Source: an uncultured Myxococcales bacterium (GTDB lineage: Bacteria > Myxococcota_A > Polyangia > Fen-1088). Taken from it: a DNA stretch of 46,135 nt. Under the pieces are notes generated by a model. It saw nothing but the letters and a program-made list of their open reading frames with translations. It made no database searches and had not been told where the DNA came from. This document shows, piece after piece, positions 16,963 through 25,849 of this stretch. The stretch's first letter is position 1, and the number at the start of each line of letters is the position of its first letter. Position numbers and translations under genes: made by a program. The stretch lies in the NCBI GenBank assembly GCA_964589215.1, contig CAZPUH010000758.1, forward strand, positions 1-46,135, given 5' to 3'.

Positions 16963-19319
16963 TCCTTGGCCTTGAGGACGGCGACGAGGTCGAGACGGTC
17001 GAGGCCTCGACGGACGACGAGGGCGGAAGCGGCGGCGGCGACGGCGAATACGACCACGGCGAAGGCGTACGTCGGCCGCGCCACGACGACGGGAAAGTGC
17101 ATGCTCACGCCTTCCATCGCGCGCATGAGCACGGACGAGAGCCAGTAACCGACCAGGAATCCCAGCGGGATGGCGGGCACCGCCAGGAACCCGACCTCGC
17201 CCAGCAGGATCCGGGAGACTTCGGCACGCGTGAAACCGAGCACCCGGAGGGTGGCGAGCTCGCGCCCACGCTCGGCCAGCGCGATCCGTGCGCTGTTGTA
17301 CACCACACCGAACGCGATGATCACCGAGAAGACGACCTCGATCTGACGGATGAATGCGAGGGCGCGATCGCTCATCGAGTGGAACGCGGCGATGGCGCCG
17401 AGGCGGGTCTCGACGGCGAGCGCGGCCGGCGTGCGCTTGAGGACGCCGTAGAGCTCGGACTTGCCGGCAGCGTCGACCGCGAGGCTGGCGCCCGAATAGG
17501 TATCCGGCTCACCCAGAAGCCGACCCAGCGCTCCGAGGTCCATGTAGGCGCCCAGGCCCAGGGGCTCGTCCACCACGTCTGCCAACGTCGCCGTGACGTT
17601 ACGCCGCTCGTTCTCCCGGATCTCCAACGAGACGAGGTCGCCGCGGCGGAGCCCGAAACGCCGGGCCAGCCAGGTGGTGAGGACGACGCCCTCTGACGGC
17701 GGCACCGCTACGCGTCCGTCCGACGCGACGACGCGGCGGAGCGCGCCTCCAGGGGGCAAGCCGACCAGGGTAACGTCCTGCGAGGCCCCGCGCCCGACCA
17801 CGCGCGCGGGAACGGCGCGAAAGGGTTCGGCCGCGCGCACGCCCGGCAGGGCGCGAAAGTCGGCCACCGTCCCCAGCGCGCGCGGATGAGCGAGTGCCAC
17901 GGTCACGTCCGCCCGCTCGGCGCGCTGGTAGCGAACTTCGATCATCTGGTTGATGGCGTCCGCCGACGAGCCGCCGAGAACCATGACCGCCACTGCCAGC
18001 GCCATTCCGGCCACTGCGAGGACCGACCGGAGCGGACGCCGGGTCAGGTTCCGCACGATCATGCGGGACGCAGGGCCCCAGAGACGCGGGACGCCCAGGC
18101 GGTCGAGCAGCGTCCGCCGGAAGGTAGGGACCTCCGCCGACATGGCGACGATGGGCGGCGTGGCCATCACCTTGCGGAGGCTCCCCAGGGTGCCGAGGGT
18201 CGCCGCTCCGAGCGCGACGCCGGCGGCGAGCGCAATGATCGCTGGCTCGGGCCGGAAGACCAGGACCGGGAAGCGAAAGAAGGAGGCGTAGAAGCGTGCC
18301 ATTCCCCGCCCGAGCCAAGCTCCGACAGGGATCCCCGCGGCGATTCCGCCGAGGACAATCAGGGCGGTCAGCTCGAGGTAATGCCAGGCGATCCGCCCCG
18401 ACCCGTAACCGAAGGCTTTCAACATGCCGATCTGCTCGCGCTGAGTGGACACCACACGCGAGAGGACGACGTTCACCAGGAAGGCCGCCACCAGGAGAAA
18501 GATCGACGGAATGATGAGCGCCATCGACCGCAGCTGCTCGATGTGCTCCTCGAGCATCACGTGCGAAGGATGGCTGCTGCGGCCGTAGGCTCCCTGGCCG
18601 CCGTAGGGCGCGAGCGCGCGGTCGAAGGCCGCGATCACCGCGTGTTCGTCGGTGCCCCGGGCTAGCGTGGCGGCGACGTCATTGAAGGCGCCTCTCAGGT
18701 CGACCAGCGCTTCGAGCTCTCCGCGGTCCATCCAGATGACGCCAAAGCGCCGATCGTCCACCGCCAGCGCGCCAGGTGGCATCGGCATCACGTACTCCGG
18801 CGAAAGCGCCACCCCCACCACGCGCAGGGACAGTCGGCGACCCGCCACGACGGCGGCGATGCGTTCGCCGAGCGCGAGATGGTTCTTCTCGGCGAAGGCC
18901 TCACTGACCAGGACCTCGTCGGCGCGTCCTGGCTCGACGTGGCGGCCCCGGCGAATGTGCAAGTCGTCCAGCGCATGCCCGATGTGGGCGGGGATCGACA
19001 CCACCAGAGCCGAGGCCGGTTCCGCGAGGGTGGGGATGTCCAGGACCGCACGCTCGACGATGCGCCCTTCAATCGCGGTCACCCCCGGGATGGCGGCCAG
19101 GTCCGGCAAGAGAGACAGAGGGGCGCGCGCGACGCCCGACCAGACCTGGGCGAAGCGCTGTTCCGTGTAGTAGCGGTGCTCCGACACCCGGAGAGAGCGG
19201 TAGGCGGTGACCGTGGCGACGAACAGCGACACGCCGGCGGCGACGACCAGCGCGATCGCCGCTGCCTGGGCGCGCAAGCGGCTCGCGTCACGGAATACCT
19301 TGCGGTCAAGTGCCTTCAT
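16959..19319 (-). CDS. FtsX-family ABC transporter permease with two FtsX domains (MacB/DevC-like); alternative GTG start at 19325
   Basis: About 786 aa. N-terminus [29 protein letters not shown] and two repeats of the FtsX permease core (REQIGMLKAFGYGSGRI; ERGRELATLRVLGFTRAEV). The ATG at 19319 overlaps the ATPase stop. Confidence 0.85.
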   Translation of the reverse strand: MKALDRKVFRDASRLRAQAAAIALVVAAGVSLFVATVTAYRSLRVSEHRYYTEQRFAQVWSGVARAPLSLLPDLAAIPGVTAIEGRIVERAVLDIPTLAEPASALVVSIPAHIGHALDDLHIRRGRHVEPGRADEVLVSEAFAEKNHLALGERIAAVVAGRRLSLRVVGVALSPEYVMPMPPGALAVDDRRFGVIWMDRGELEALVDLRGAFNDVAATLARGTDEHAVIAAFDRALAPYGGQGAYGRSSHPSHVMLEEHIEQLRSMALIIPSIFLLVAAFLVNVVLSRVVSTQREQIGMLKAFGYGSGRIAWHYLELTALIVLGGIAAGIPVGAWLGRGMARFYASFFRFPVLVFRPEPAIIALAAGVALGAATLGTLGSLRKVMATPPIVAMSAEVPTFRRTLLDRLGVPRLWGPASRMIVRNLTRRPLRSVLAVAGMALAVAVMVLGGSSADAINQMIEVRYQRAERADVTVALAHPRALGTVADFRALPGVRAAEPFRAVPARVVGRGASQDVTLVGLPPGGALRRVVASDGRVAVPPSEGVVLTTWLARRFGLRRGDLVSLEIRENERRNVTATLADVVDEPLGLGAYMDLGALGRLLGEPDTYSGASLAVDAAGKSELYGVLKRTPAALAVETRLGAIAAFHSMSDRALAFIRQIEVVFSVIIAFGVVYNSARIALAERGRELATLRVLGFTRAEVSRILLGEVGFLAVPAIPLGFLVGYWLSSVLMRAMEGVSMHFPVVVARPTYAFAVVVFAVAAAASALVVRRGLDRLDLVAVLKAKE

Positions 19320-20047
19320 CACCACTCCAGCGCCTCGGGCGAGGCGCGCGAGGCGTTCCGTCGGTCGGCGACGATGCGGCCGTCGGCGAGCTGAAGGACA
19401 CGGTCGGAGATCGCGGCGATCGCAGCGTTGTGGGTGATGACGGCGGTCGTCGTACCGAGCTCGCGGTTGACGTTGGCGATGGCGCCGAGGACGATCTTTC
19501 CTGTCGCGATATCGAGGGCGCCGGTCGGCTCGTCGCAGAGGAGGACGTCCGGGCGCTTGGCGATCGCTCGCGCGATGGCGACCCGCTGCTGTTCCCCGCC
19601 CGAGAGCTGCGCCGGGTAGTGATCCCGTCGCTCGGTCAGGCCGACCAGGGCCAGCGCGTCTTTCGGCGCGAGCGGATTGTCGGCGAGGTCGGTGACCAGC
19701 GCGACGTTCTCGATCGCGGTCAGGCTCGGGATCAGATTGTAGAACTGGAACACGAACCCCACGTGGTCGCGCCGGTAGACGGTGAGGGCGCGCTCGTTCG
19801 CGTTGGTCAGGTCGTGGTCGCGGTACCGGATCCGCCCGGAGGTCGGGACGTCGAGACCGCCGAGGATGTTGAGTAGGGTCGACTTCCCGCTTCCGGACGC
19901 GCCCAGCAGGACGACCATCTCGCCCGCCCCGAGCTGAAGGTCGATCCCGCGCAAGGCCGGAACCTCCACCTCCCCCATCCGGTAGGACTTGGTAATCCCT
20001 TCGGCAACGAGGACGGCGTCCACGACGTCACCCTCCCCGCCCCCCAC
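19319..20047 (-). CDS. ABC transporter ATP-binding protein (MacB/LolD-type)
   Basis: Walker [11 protein letters not shown]-loop, signature [14 protein letters not shown], Walker [14 protein letters not shown]-loop VITHN. Confidence 0.9.
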   Translation of the reverse strand: MGGGEGDVVDAVLVAEGITKSYRMGEVEVPALRGIDLQLGAGEMVVLLGASGSGKSTLLNILGGLDVPTSGRIRYRDHDLTNANERALTVYRRDHVGFVFQFYNLIPSLTAIENVALVTDLADNPLAPKDALALVGLTERRDHYPAQLSGGEQQRVAIARAIAKRPDVLLCDEPTGALDIATGKIVLGAIANVNRELGTTTAVITHNAAIAAISDRVLQLADGRIVADRRNASRASPEALEW

Positions 20048-20734
20048 TCAGACCGGCCGCTCGGCGTGGCCCCCGTGGCGCGCGGTCCCTTGGGCGTCGT
20101 TGAAGCGCGGGATCCAGCGCGGCGTCACCGCCGCGTAGGCGCGCCAAGTCTCGCCGAACTTCGCAGCGACCTCGCGCTCCTCGCGGTGGGCGAGGCGTAC
20201 GTAGCTGACCGTCAGGATCGGAAACATCACCAGCGTGATCAGCGTTGGCCACTGGAGAAGGAAGCCGAACATGATGACGATGAACCCGATGTACTGCGGG
20301 TGCCGGACGCGCGCGTAGGGCCCACTCGTCGCGAGCTTCCGTTCCCGCTGAGCGGCGAACAGCACCCGCCACGAGCGCGCAAGCACCACGAACCCGGCGA
20401 AGATGAAAACATTGCTCGCCAGGTGGAGCGGGTTCAGGTGCGGGTTCCCCTTGAAGCCGAGCAGATCGTAAAGGAGGTGGCCGGCGTCGTGCGAGAAGAG
20501 GTTCACGCCCGGGAGCCGCCGCCCCAGCCAGCCCGCCAGAAGGTAGATCGTGAGCGGGAAGCCGTACATCTCGACGAACAGCGCGACGATGAACGCCGAG
20601 AACGTCCCGAACGTACGCCAGTCGCGCTTCGTCTGCGGCTTGAAGAAGCTGAACGCGAACATGATGAACACGGCCGAGTTGATCAGGACCAGCGTCCAGA
20701 GTCCGTAGGCGGGTGTGCTCGTTCCGTGGTCCAT
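20048..20734 (-). CDS. ICMT/PEMT-family membrane methyltransferase (CzcN/NccN-like)
   Basis: Multi-TM protein with the family C-terminal motif GPYARVRHPQYIGFIVIMFG...REEREVAAKFGETWRAY. Confidence 0.75.
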   Translation of the reverse strand: MDHGTSTPAYGLWTLVLINSAVFIMFAFSFFKPQTKRDWRTFGTFSAFIVALFVEMYGFPLTIYLLAGWLGRRLPGVNLFSHDAGHLLYDLLGFKGNPHLNPLHLASNVFIFAGFVVLARSWRVLFAAQRERKLATSGPYARVRHPQYIGFIVIMFGFLLQWPTLITLVMFPILTVSYVRLAHREEREVAAKFGETWRAYAAVTPRWIPRFNDAQGTARHGGHAERPV

Positions 20735-20746
20735 GACTCGATCCTT

Positions 20747-21037
20747 TCAGCAGCAGCCGTGGCCGGCGTGCTCGTGCTTCCCGTGGGTCTGGTCTGCCGC
20801 CTCGCCCGAGCCCGGCGCGGGGTCGTGCTGGTGCGCCCGGTGTCCGCGGTGCATGAACAGGTGCATGAGCGGGCAGGCGAGCAGCAACAACCACGGCAAC
20901 GCCGCGAGCAGGTGCGCCCGGTGTTCGGTCAGAAGGAAGTAGGCCGCGATGGCGAGAAAGACTCCCAGCCCCCAGCGAAGGCGCCGCTGGTTGACCGAGG
21001 GATCGCTGGACGGTCCAGGAATCTCGTGAGGGTTCAT
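20747..21037 (-). CDS. DUF2933-like small membrane protein with His-rich tail ending GHGCC
   Basis: Start set at MNPHEIP. It has two TM helices (LGVFLAIAAYFLL, LPWLLLLACPLMHLFMH), then HRGHRAHQHD...HGKHEHAGHGCC. It lies 12 nt upstream of the ICMT gene. Confidence 0.6.
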   Translation of the reverse strand: MNPHEIPGPSSDPSVNQRRLRWGLGVFLAIAAYFLLTEHRAHLLAALPWLLLLACPLMHLFMHRGHRAHQHDPAPGSGEAADQTHGKHEHAGHGCC

Positions 21038-21166
21038 GCTCAGGCTCAGTGCATGGGTGGTGCCAGCACACACTTGTCTGAAGTCCGAGGTGAAGCAGCC
21101 AGCCCCGCGCAAGACCTACTGAGGCCGCCAGGGCTTGCGCAAATTTTGCAGCACGAGCGGCGTCGG

Positions 21167-23548
21167 TCAGATTCGGGCCCGGCGGAGCCGCAGCGCGTTT
21201 CCGACCACCGAGACGGAGCTGAGACTCATCGCCGCCGCCGCGATCATGGGGTTCAGCAGGATCCCGAACCAAGGATAGAGGACGCCCGCCGCCAACGGAA
21301 CGCCCGCGGCGTTGTAGACGAAGGCGAAGAACAGGTTCTGCTTGATGTTCCCTAGCGTTTGACGGCTGATGCGGCGGGCTCGGGCGATCGCGCGGAGGTC
21401 GCCTTTCACGAGGGTGACGCCGGCGCTCTCCATCGCGACGTCAGTTCCGGTTCCCATCGCGATCCCGACCTGGGCCTGCGCGAGTGCCGGGGCGTCGTTG
21501 ATGCCGTCGCCCGCCATGGCGACCACGCGGCCTTCTCCCTGCAGGCGCTTCACCACGGTCGCCTTCTGATCCGGCAGCACCTCGGCGACCACCTCGTCGA
21601 TCTTCAGTTTCCGCGCGACCGCTTCGGCGGTCGTTCGACTGTCGCCAGTCAGCATGACGATGCGAACGCCCTCTTCGTGGAGCGCCCGCATCGCCTCGGG
21701 GGTGCTGTCCTTGACTGGGTCGGCCACGCCCAAAAGCCCCGCTGGGCGCCCGTCGACCACCACGAAGATCACCGTCTGGGCGTCCTGTCGGAGTTCCTCC
21801 GCTCGCGTGGCGAACGGCGTCGGATCGACGCCCAGGTCGGCGAGCAGAACGCGGTTGCCGACGGCGACGGCCCGACCCTCTACCGTCCCCTTCACCCCTT
21901 TGCCATTGATGGCTTCGAACCCCATTGCCGCGGGAATGGCAACACCGCGTTCCTCTGTTCCTTTGACGATCGCGGTCGCTAGCGGATGCTCGCTACCGCG
22001 CTCGAGGGCAGCTGCAAACCGCAAGAGATCCGTCTCCATGGTCCCGCCGATCGGCGTCAGGCTGACCAGCTTGGGCTTCCCTTCGGTGAGCGTTCCCGTC
22101 TTGTCGACCACCAGGGTGTCGACCTTACGCAGGACCTCGATCGCCTCCGCGTTCCGAAAGAGCACGCCCGTCGTCGCCCCACGGCCCATCGCGACCATGA
22201 TCGACATCGGCGTCGCGAGGCCGAGGGCGCACGGGCAGGCAATGATCAGCACGGCGACGGCGTTGATGAGCGCATGTGCGGCACGGGGCTCCGGCCCGAC
22301 CAGTGACCAGACGATGAACGTCACCACGGCAATGGCGATGACGACCGGCACGAAATAGCCGGCCACCACGTCGGCCAGCTTCTGGATGGGCGCGCGGCTG
22401 CGCTGGGCCTCGGCGACCATCGCCACGATGCGGGAGAGCAATGTGTCAGAGCCGACCTTCTCGGCCCGGATGACCAGGGTCCCGGAGGTGTTCAGTGTGG
22501 CACCGACCACCTTGGCGCCGATCTCCTTCTGGACGGGGATCGGCTCACCCGTCACCATCGACTCATCGACATGGCTCCGTCCTTCGGTCACGACGCCATC
22601 GACCGGAACCTTCTCGCCCGGCCGAACCCGGAGCAGATCGCCAACCTGCACAGCCTCGAGCGGCACGTCGGCCTCGCTGCCGTCGGCGTTGACGCGACGG
22701 GCGAGCTTGGGCGCAAGGCCGAGCAGCTTGCGGATGGCGGCACCGGTCGCGCTCCTTGCCCTGAGCTCCAGCACCTGACCGAGTAGGATGAGCGTGACGA
22801 TCACGCCCGCCGCCTCGAAGTAGACACCGACCTGGCCGTCGTGCTCCCGGAAAGACGACGGAAAGATGCCGGGCGCGACCGCAGCAATCACGCTGTACGA
22901 GAAGGCGACCGAAACGCCCAGGCCGATCAGCGTGAACATGTTGAGACTGCGGTGACGGACCGATTGGATTGCCCGAACGTAAAACGGCCACGCGGACCAT
23001 GTGCAGACGGGCGTGGCGAGCGCCAGCTCGACCCAGGTACGCAACCTCGGCGAGAGGATCTGCCCGAAACGCGCGCCCAGGATCAGCTCGCCCATAGCCA
23101 GCAGAACCAGCGGGGCCGTTAGGGCGGTGGCGGTCCAGAACCGACGCGACATGTCGGCCAGCTCCGGATTGTCGTGCGGCTCGGCGGTGATCGTCCGTGG
23201 CTCGAGCGCCATGCCGCATATTGGGCAGCTACCCGGCGCGTCGCGCACGATTTGCGGATGCATTGGGCAGGTCCACTCGACCTTGCCCGTTGGAGGTGGA
23301 GGTGGAGCGGGCTTGGGCGGCTCGGTACCGGGATCGACGAAGGCCCGAGGGTTCTGCTGGAACCGTTCGAGACACCGCGGGCCGCAGAAACGGTAGGTCT
23401 TTCCTGCATATTCGCTGTGGAGAGGCGCGTCCGCTGGCACGTTCATGCCGCAGACGGGGTCCTTCCCGAGCGGCTGTGTCGCAAGGGGAAGTCGTTTCGG
23501 GTTCCCCCCCGACGGTCGCGTTGGATGATCGTGTTGGTGGTGGTCCAT
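21167..23548 (-). CDS. copA: Cu(I)/Ag(I)-translocating P1B-type ATPase
   Basis: 793 aa. Motifs: CPC ([12 protein letters not shown]), DKTGTLT, TGES-equivalent [14 protein letters not shown] in [13 protein letters not shown] and MSLSS in TM6. The N-terminus has a His-rich start, a YHS/TRASH-like DPVCGMNV...YRFCGPRC and WTCPMHPQI...CPICGM. Confidence 0.92.
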   Translation of the reverse strand: MDHHQHDHPTRPSGGNPKRLPLATQPLGKDPVCGMNVPADAPLHSEYAGKTYRFCGPRCLERFQQNPRAFVDPGTEPPKPAPPPPPTGKVEWTCPMHPQIVRDAPGSCPICGMALEPRTITAEPHDNPELADMSRRFWTATALTAPLVLLAMGELILGARFGQILSPRLRTWVELALATPVCTWSAWPFYVRAIQSVRHRSLNMFTLIGLGVSVAFSYSVIAAVAPGIFPSSFREHDGQVGVYFEAAGVIVTLILLGQVLELRARSATGAAIRKLLGLAPKLARRVNADGSEADVPLEAVQVGDLLRVRPGEKVPVDGVVTEGRSHVDESMVTGEPIPVQKEIGAKVVGATLNTSGTLVIRAEKVGSDTLLSRIVAMVAEAQRSRAPIQKLADVVAGYFVPVVIAIAVVTFIVWSLVGPEPRAAHALINAVAVLIIACPCALGLATPMSIMVAMGRGATTGVLFRNAEAIEVLRKVDTLVVDKTGTLTEGKPKLVSLTPIGGTMETDLLRFAAALERGSEHPLATAIVKGTEERGVAIPAAMGFEAINGKGVKGTVEGRAVAVGNRVLLADLGVDPTPFATRAEELRQDAQTVIFVVVDGRPAGLLGVADPVKDSTPEAMRALHEEGVRIVMLTGDSRTTAEAVARKLKIDEVVAEVLPDQKATVVKRLQGEGRVVAMAGDGINDAPALAQAQVGIAMGTGTDVAMESAGVTLVKGDLRAIARARRISRQTLGNIKQNLFFAFVYNAAGVPLAAGVLYPWFGILLNPMIAAAAMSLSSVSVVGNALRLRRARI

Positions 23549-23634
23549 GGTCCCGTCTCCGTTCGTCGATCGCCTCTTACATAGGGGAGACGCACGATGC
23601 TATCGGGCCTTACACCCCGACGTCCCGGTTCAGT

Positions 23635-24342
23635 TCATTGACCGGGGCCGCGAGCGCCGGTATTCGCGCAGTACTCTGCCGCTTGCCGCGTCCGGACGTG
23701 AACCTCACGGGAGGCGACTGGGTTTTCTGGCCGAATGTCCACCGCCAGACCGGCCGGCACCGGATGAACCAACGCCGTGACGTTCCGGACCTGGAGCGGG
23801 CAGCTGTCCTTGTTGTCGTCCGCATATCCAACCACCGCGTTGCGTGCCAGATGACAGTTGACGACGCGCTGAAGCCAGTCCGCGGTCATGTTGGGCAACG
23901 GTCGGAACACCACCCGCACACCGCTCAACGTATCGCCTCGGTCGGCGATTTCCAGCGGCTCGACCGACACGATGTCCTCGAGGTGCAGAAACGGGCTGAT
24001 GTCGCGCTCCGCGGCTGGAACCCCGATGCAGGCTTGTGCCTCGGCATCCCGAAGAGCTTGCGAGGCCGCGCGATGCTTCTCGGCTTGCTCGCGGTGCTTG
24101 CGTGCCTCGACAAAACTCCTCTGCGTGGGGTTGCGAAAGGACGTCCAGTATCGATAACAGGCGTCCTGCGATTCGTAGCCGGGACAGGCGGCTTCTGCCC
24201 GCTGCTGCGCCGAGTCCGCGCGGGCCGCCTCCTGTCGGGCCGCGTTCTCATGTTCCGCCGCAGTCATCGTTCCGGTTCGCGTCGAAGCGCACCCGATGAC
24301 GAGTGGCACCGACATCACGAAGACCACCTTTGAGATAATCAT
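23635..24342 (-). CDS. hypothetical lipoprotein
   Basis: Start set at the ATG preceded by GGAGGG. Lipobox VPLVIGC. Helical N-terminal region with AEHENAARQ...EKHRAASQA, and 7 Cys in total (six after the lipobox Cys). The upstream part of the 373-aa track ORF is low-complexity R/T/S sequence and was dropped. Confidence 0.6.
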   Translation of the reverse strand: MIISKVVFVMSVPLVIGCASTRTGTMTAAEHENAARQEAARADSAQQRAEAACPGYESQDACYRYWTSFRNPTQRSFVEARKHREQAEKHRAASQALRDAEAQACIGVPAAERDISPFLHLEDIVSVEPLEIADRGDTLSGVRVVFRPLPNMTADWLQRVVNCHLARNAVVGYADDNKDSCPLQVRNVTALVHPVPAGLAVDIRPENPVASREVHVRTRQAAEYCANTGARGPGQ

Positions 24343-24496
24343 GGCTTCGTCCCTCCGTTCCCGGAGTTCGTGCAACCGACATGCCGGCCACAGCCGCTCT
24401 CTCCGAAAACGAGTCCTCAGGTCCTTCGTCGGCTTTGAGTCGGTAGACCTTGCGCGGCCCGAGGACCCTCCGGCAACGGTTGCGTTCAAGTGTCGC

Positions 24497-25849
24497 TCAT
24501 ACGGCCTGGTCGTCCTGGGCGGCCGGCGGATGCTCGACGTCGATCCCGTCGCGCCGAAGGTCGCCGCCGTTCGCTTGGCTGGCGAGCGTGCCCGGCGGGT
24601 TTTCGTACCAGCCCGGGTCTTTGTAGCTCCGGATCCCGTCGCGCACTTTGAGGACGGTGAACATCCCGCCCATGGTGATGGTGTCGTGCTTCCCCTTCCC
24701 ACCCAGCATCGGGATGCTGTTCGTGGGGACGGGCATTCCCATGTCGCCCATGTCACCCATTCCCGTCTGGCCCATCGTCATGTAGCCGGGAACCACCTGG
24801 CGCATCTTCTCGTCGAGGTTTCCAGGTTTTACGCCGATCAAGTTCGGCGATCCATGCCCCATCTGGTTCATCACGTGGTGGGTCATGTGGCAATGCATCG
24901 CCCAGTCCCCGGGCTCGTCGGCGATGAACTCGATTGTCCGCGTGCTGCCCGTCGGGACTAGAACGGTCGTCTCCGGCCACTGGGCGGAGGGGGCGATCTC
25001 GCCGCCGTCGGTCTCCGTGATGTGGAACGAGTGGCCGTGGAGGTGGATCGGGTGATGGTCCATCGCGCTCAGGTTGCCGATCCGGATGCGGACGCGTTGC
25101 CCGGTCCGAACGACGAGCGGCGCCGTCCCCGGGAACGCCTTCGCATTCATCGTCAGCATGTTGAACTCGGTCATCTCGTTCGGGTTCGGCCGCTTGGCGC
25201 CGGGGTCGACGCGCCACTCGTGCAGCATGATCGCGAAGTCCCGATCAACCCGCTGCCGGGGATGGCGCGGGTGGATGACAAACATTCCCGTCATCCCGAG
25301 CGCCATCTGCGTCATCTCGTCATGGTGCGAGTGGTACATGGCGGTGCCGCTCTGGCGCAGCGTGAACTCGTACTTGAACGTCTCACCCGGCGCGATCGCC
25401 TTCTGGGTCAGGCCGCCGACGCCGTCCATTCCGTTGACCAGCTTCAGGCCGTGCCAGTGGACCGTCGTGGCGGCCGGCAGCCGATTGGTCACGTAGACGC
25501 GGACCCGGTCGCCCTCGACAGCCTCGATCAGTGGACCGTGGACGCGCCCGTTGTACCCCCAGCACTTCACTTTGAGACCAGGCGCCAGCTCGTGATCGAC
25601 CTCCTCGGCCACCATGTGAAACACCTTCACCCCGTCGACCACCCTCCACGGGAGCTTCGCGCCGTTCGGCACCGTCACCGGCCGGTAGTCGCGGCCGGGT
25701 TTCCCGGGGGCCGCATTGGAGCCGGTCTTCCCGCGGGCGGCGGCCCAGGTGGGCTGAGCCGTCGAGAGGATCGCTCCGCCGACCGTACCGGCGACGAGCA
25801 GGGAACGGCGAGACAGCCCCGTGTCGTCCTTCTTCGAATCAGTGGCCAT
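24497..25849 (-). CDS. multicopper oxidase, CopA/PcoA type, with Tat signal and a Met-rich segment
   Basis: Start at the ATG preceded by GGAGA. Tat motif SRRSLLVAG. Copper motifs VHWHGL, MYHSHHDE, HPIHLHGH and MHCHMTHHVMNQMG. The Met-rich stretch is MTMGQTGMGDMGDMGMP. Confidence 0.9.
   Translation of the reverse strand: MATDSKKDDTGLSRRSLLVAGTVGGAILSTAQPTWAAARGKTGSNAAPGKPGRDYRPVTVPNGAKLPWRVVDGVKVFHMVAEEVDHELAPGLKVKCWGYNGRVHGPLIEAVEGDRVRVYVTNRLPAATTVHWHGLKLVNGMDGVGGLTQKAIAPGETFKYEFTLRQSGTAMYHSHHDEMTQMALGMTGMFVIHPRHPRQRVDRDFAIMLHEWRVDPGAKRPNPNEMTEFNMLTMNAKAFPGTAPLVVRTGQRVRIRIGNLSAMDHHPIHLHGHSFHITETDGGEIAPSAQWPETTVLVPTGSTRTIEFIADEPGDWAMHCHMTHHVMNQMGHGSPNLIGVKPGNLDEKMRQVVPGYMTMGQTGMGDMGDMGMPVPTNSIPMLGGKGKHDTITMGGMFTVLKVRDGIRSYKDPGWYENPPGTLASQANGGDLRRDGIDVEHPPAAQDDQAV

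Noticed and set aside
23197-24333. 378-aa + strand ORF across the ATPase 5' end and the lipoprotein gene
   Set aside because: It is antisense to two genes with clear motifs. The translation is Arg-rich with no domain signatures.
24343-24756. N-terminal 138-codon extension of track ORF 23635-24756
   Set aside because: The extension runs through the 3' end of the MCO gene in another frame and is T/R/S/G low-complexity. An internal ATG at 24342 has a GGAGGG RBS and yields a canonical lipoprotein signal.
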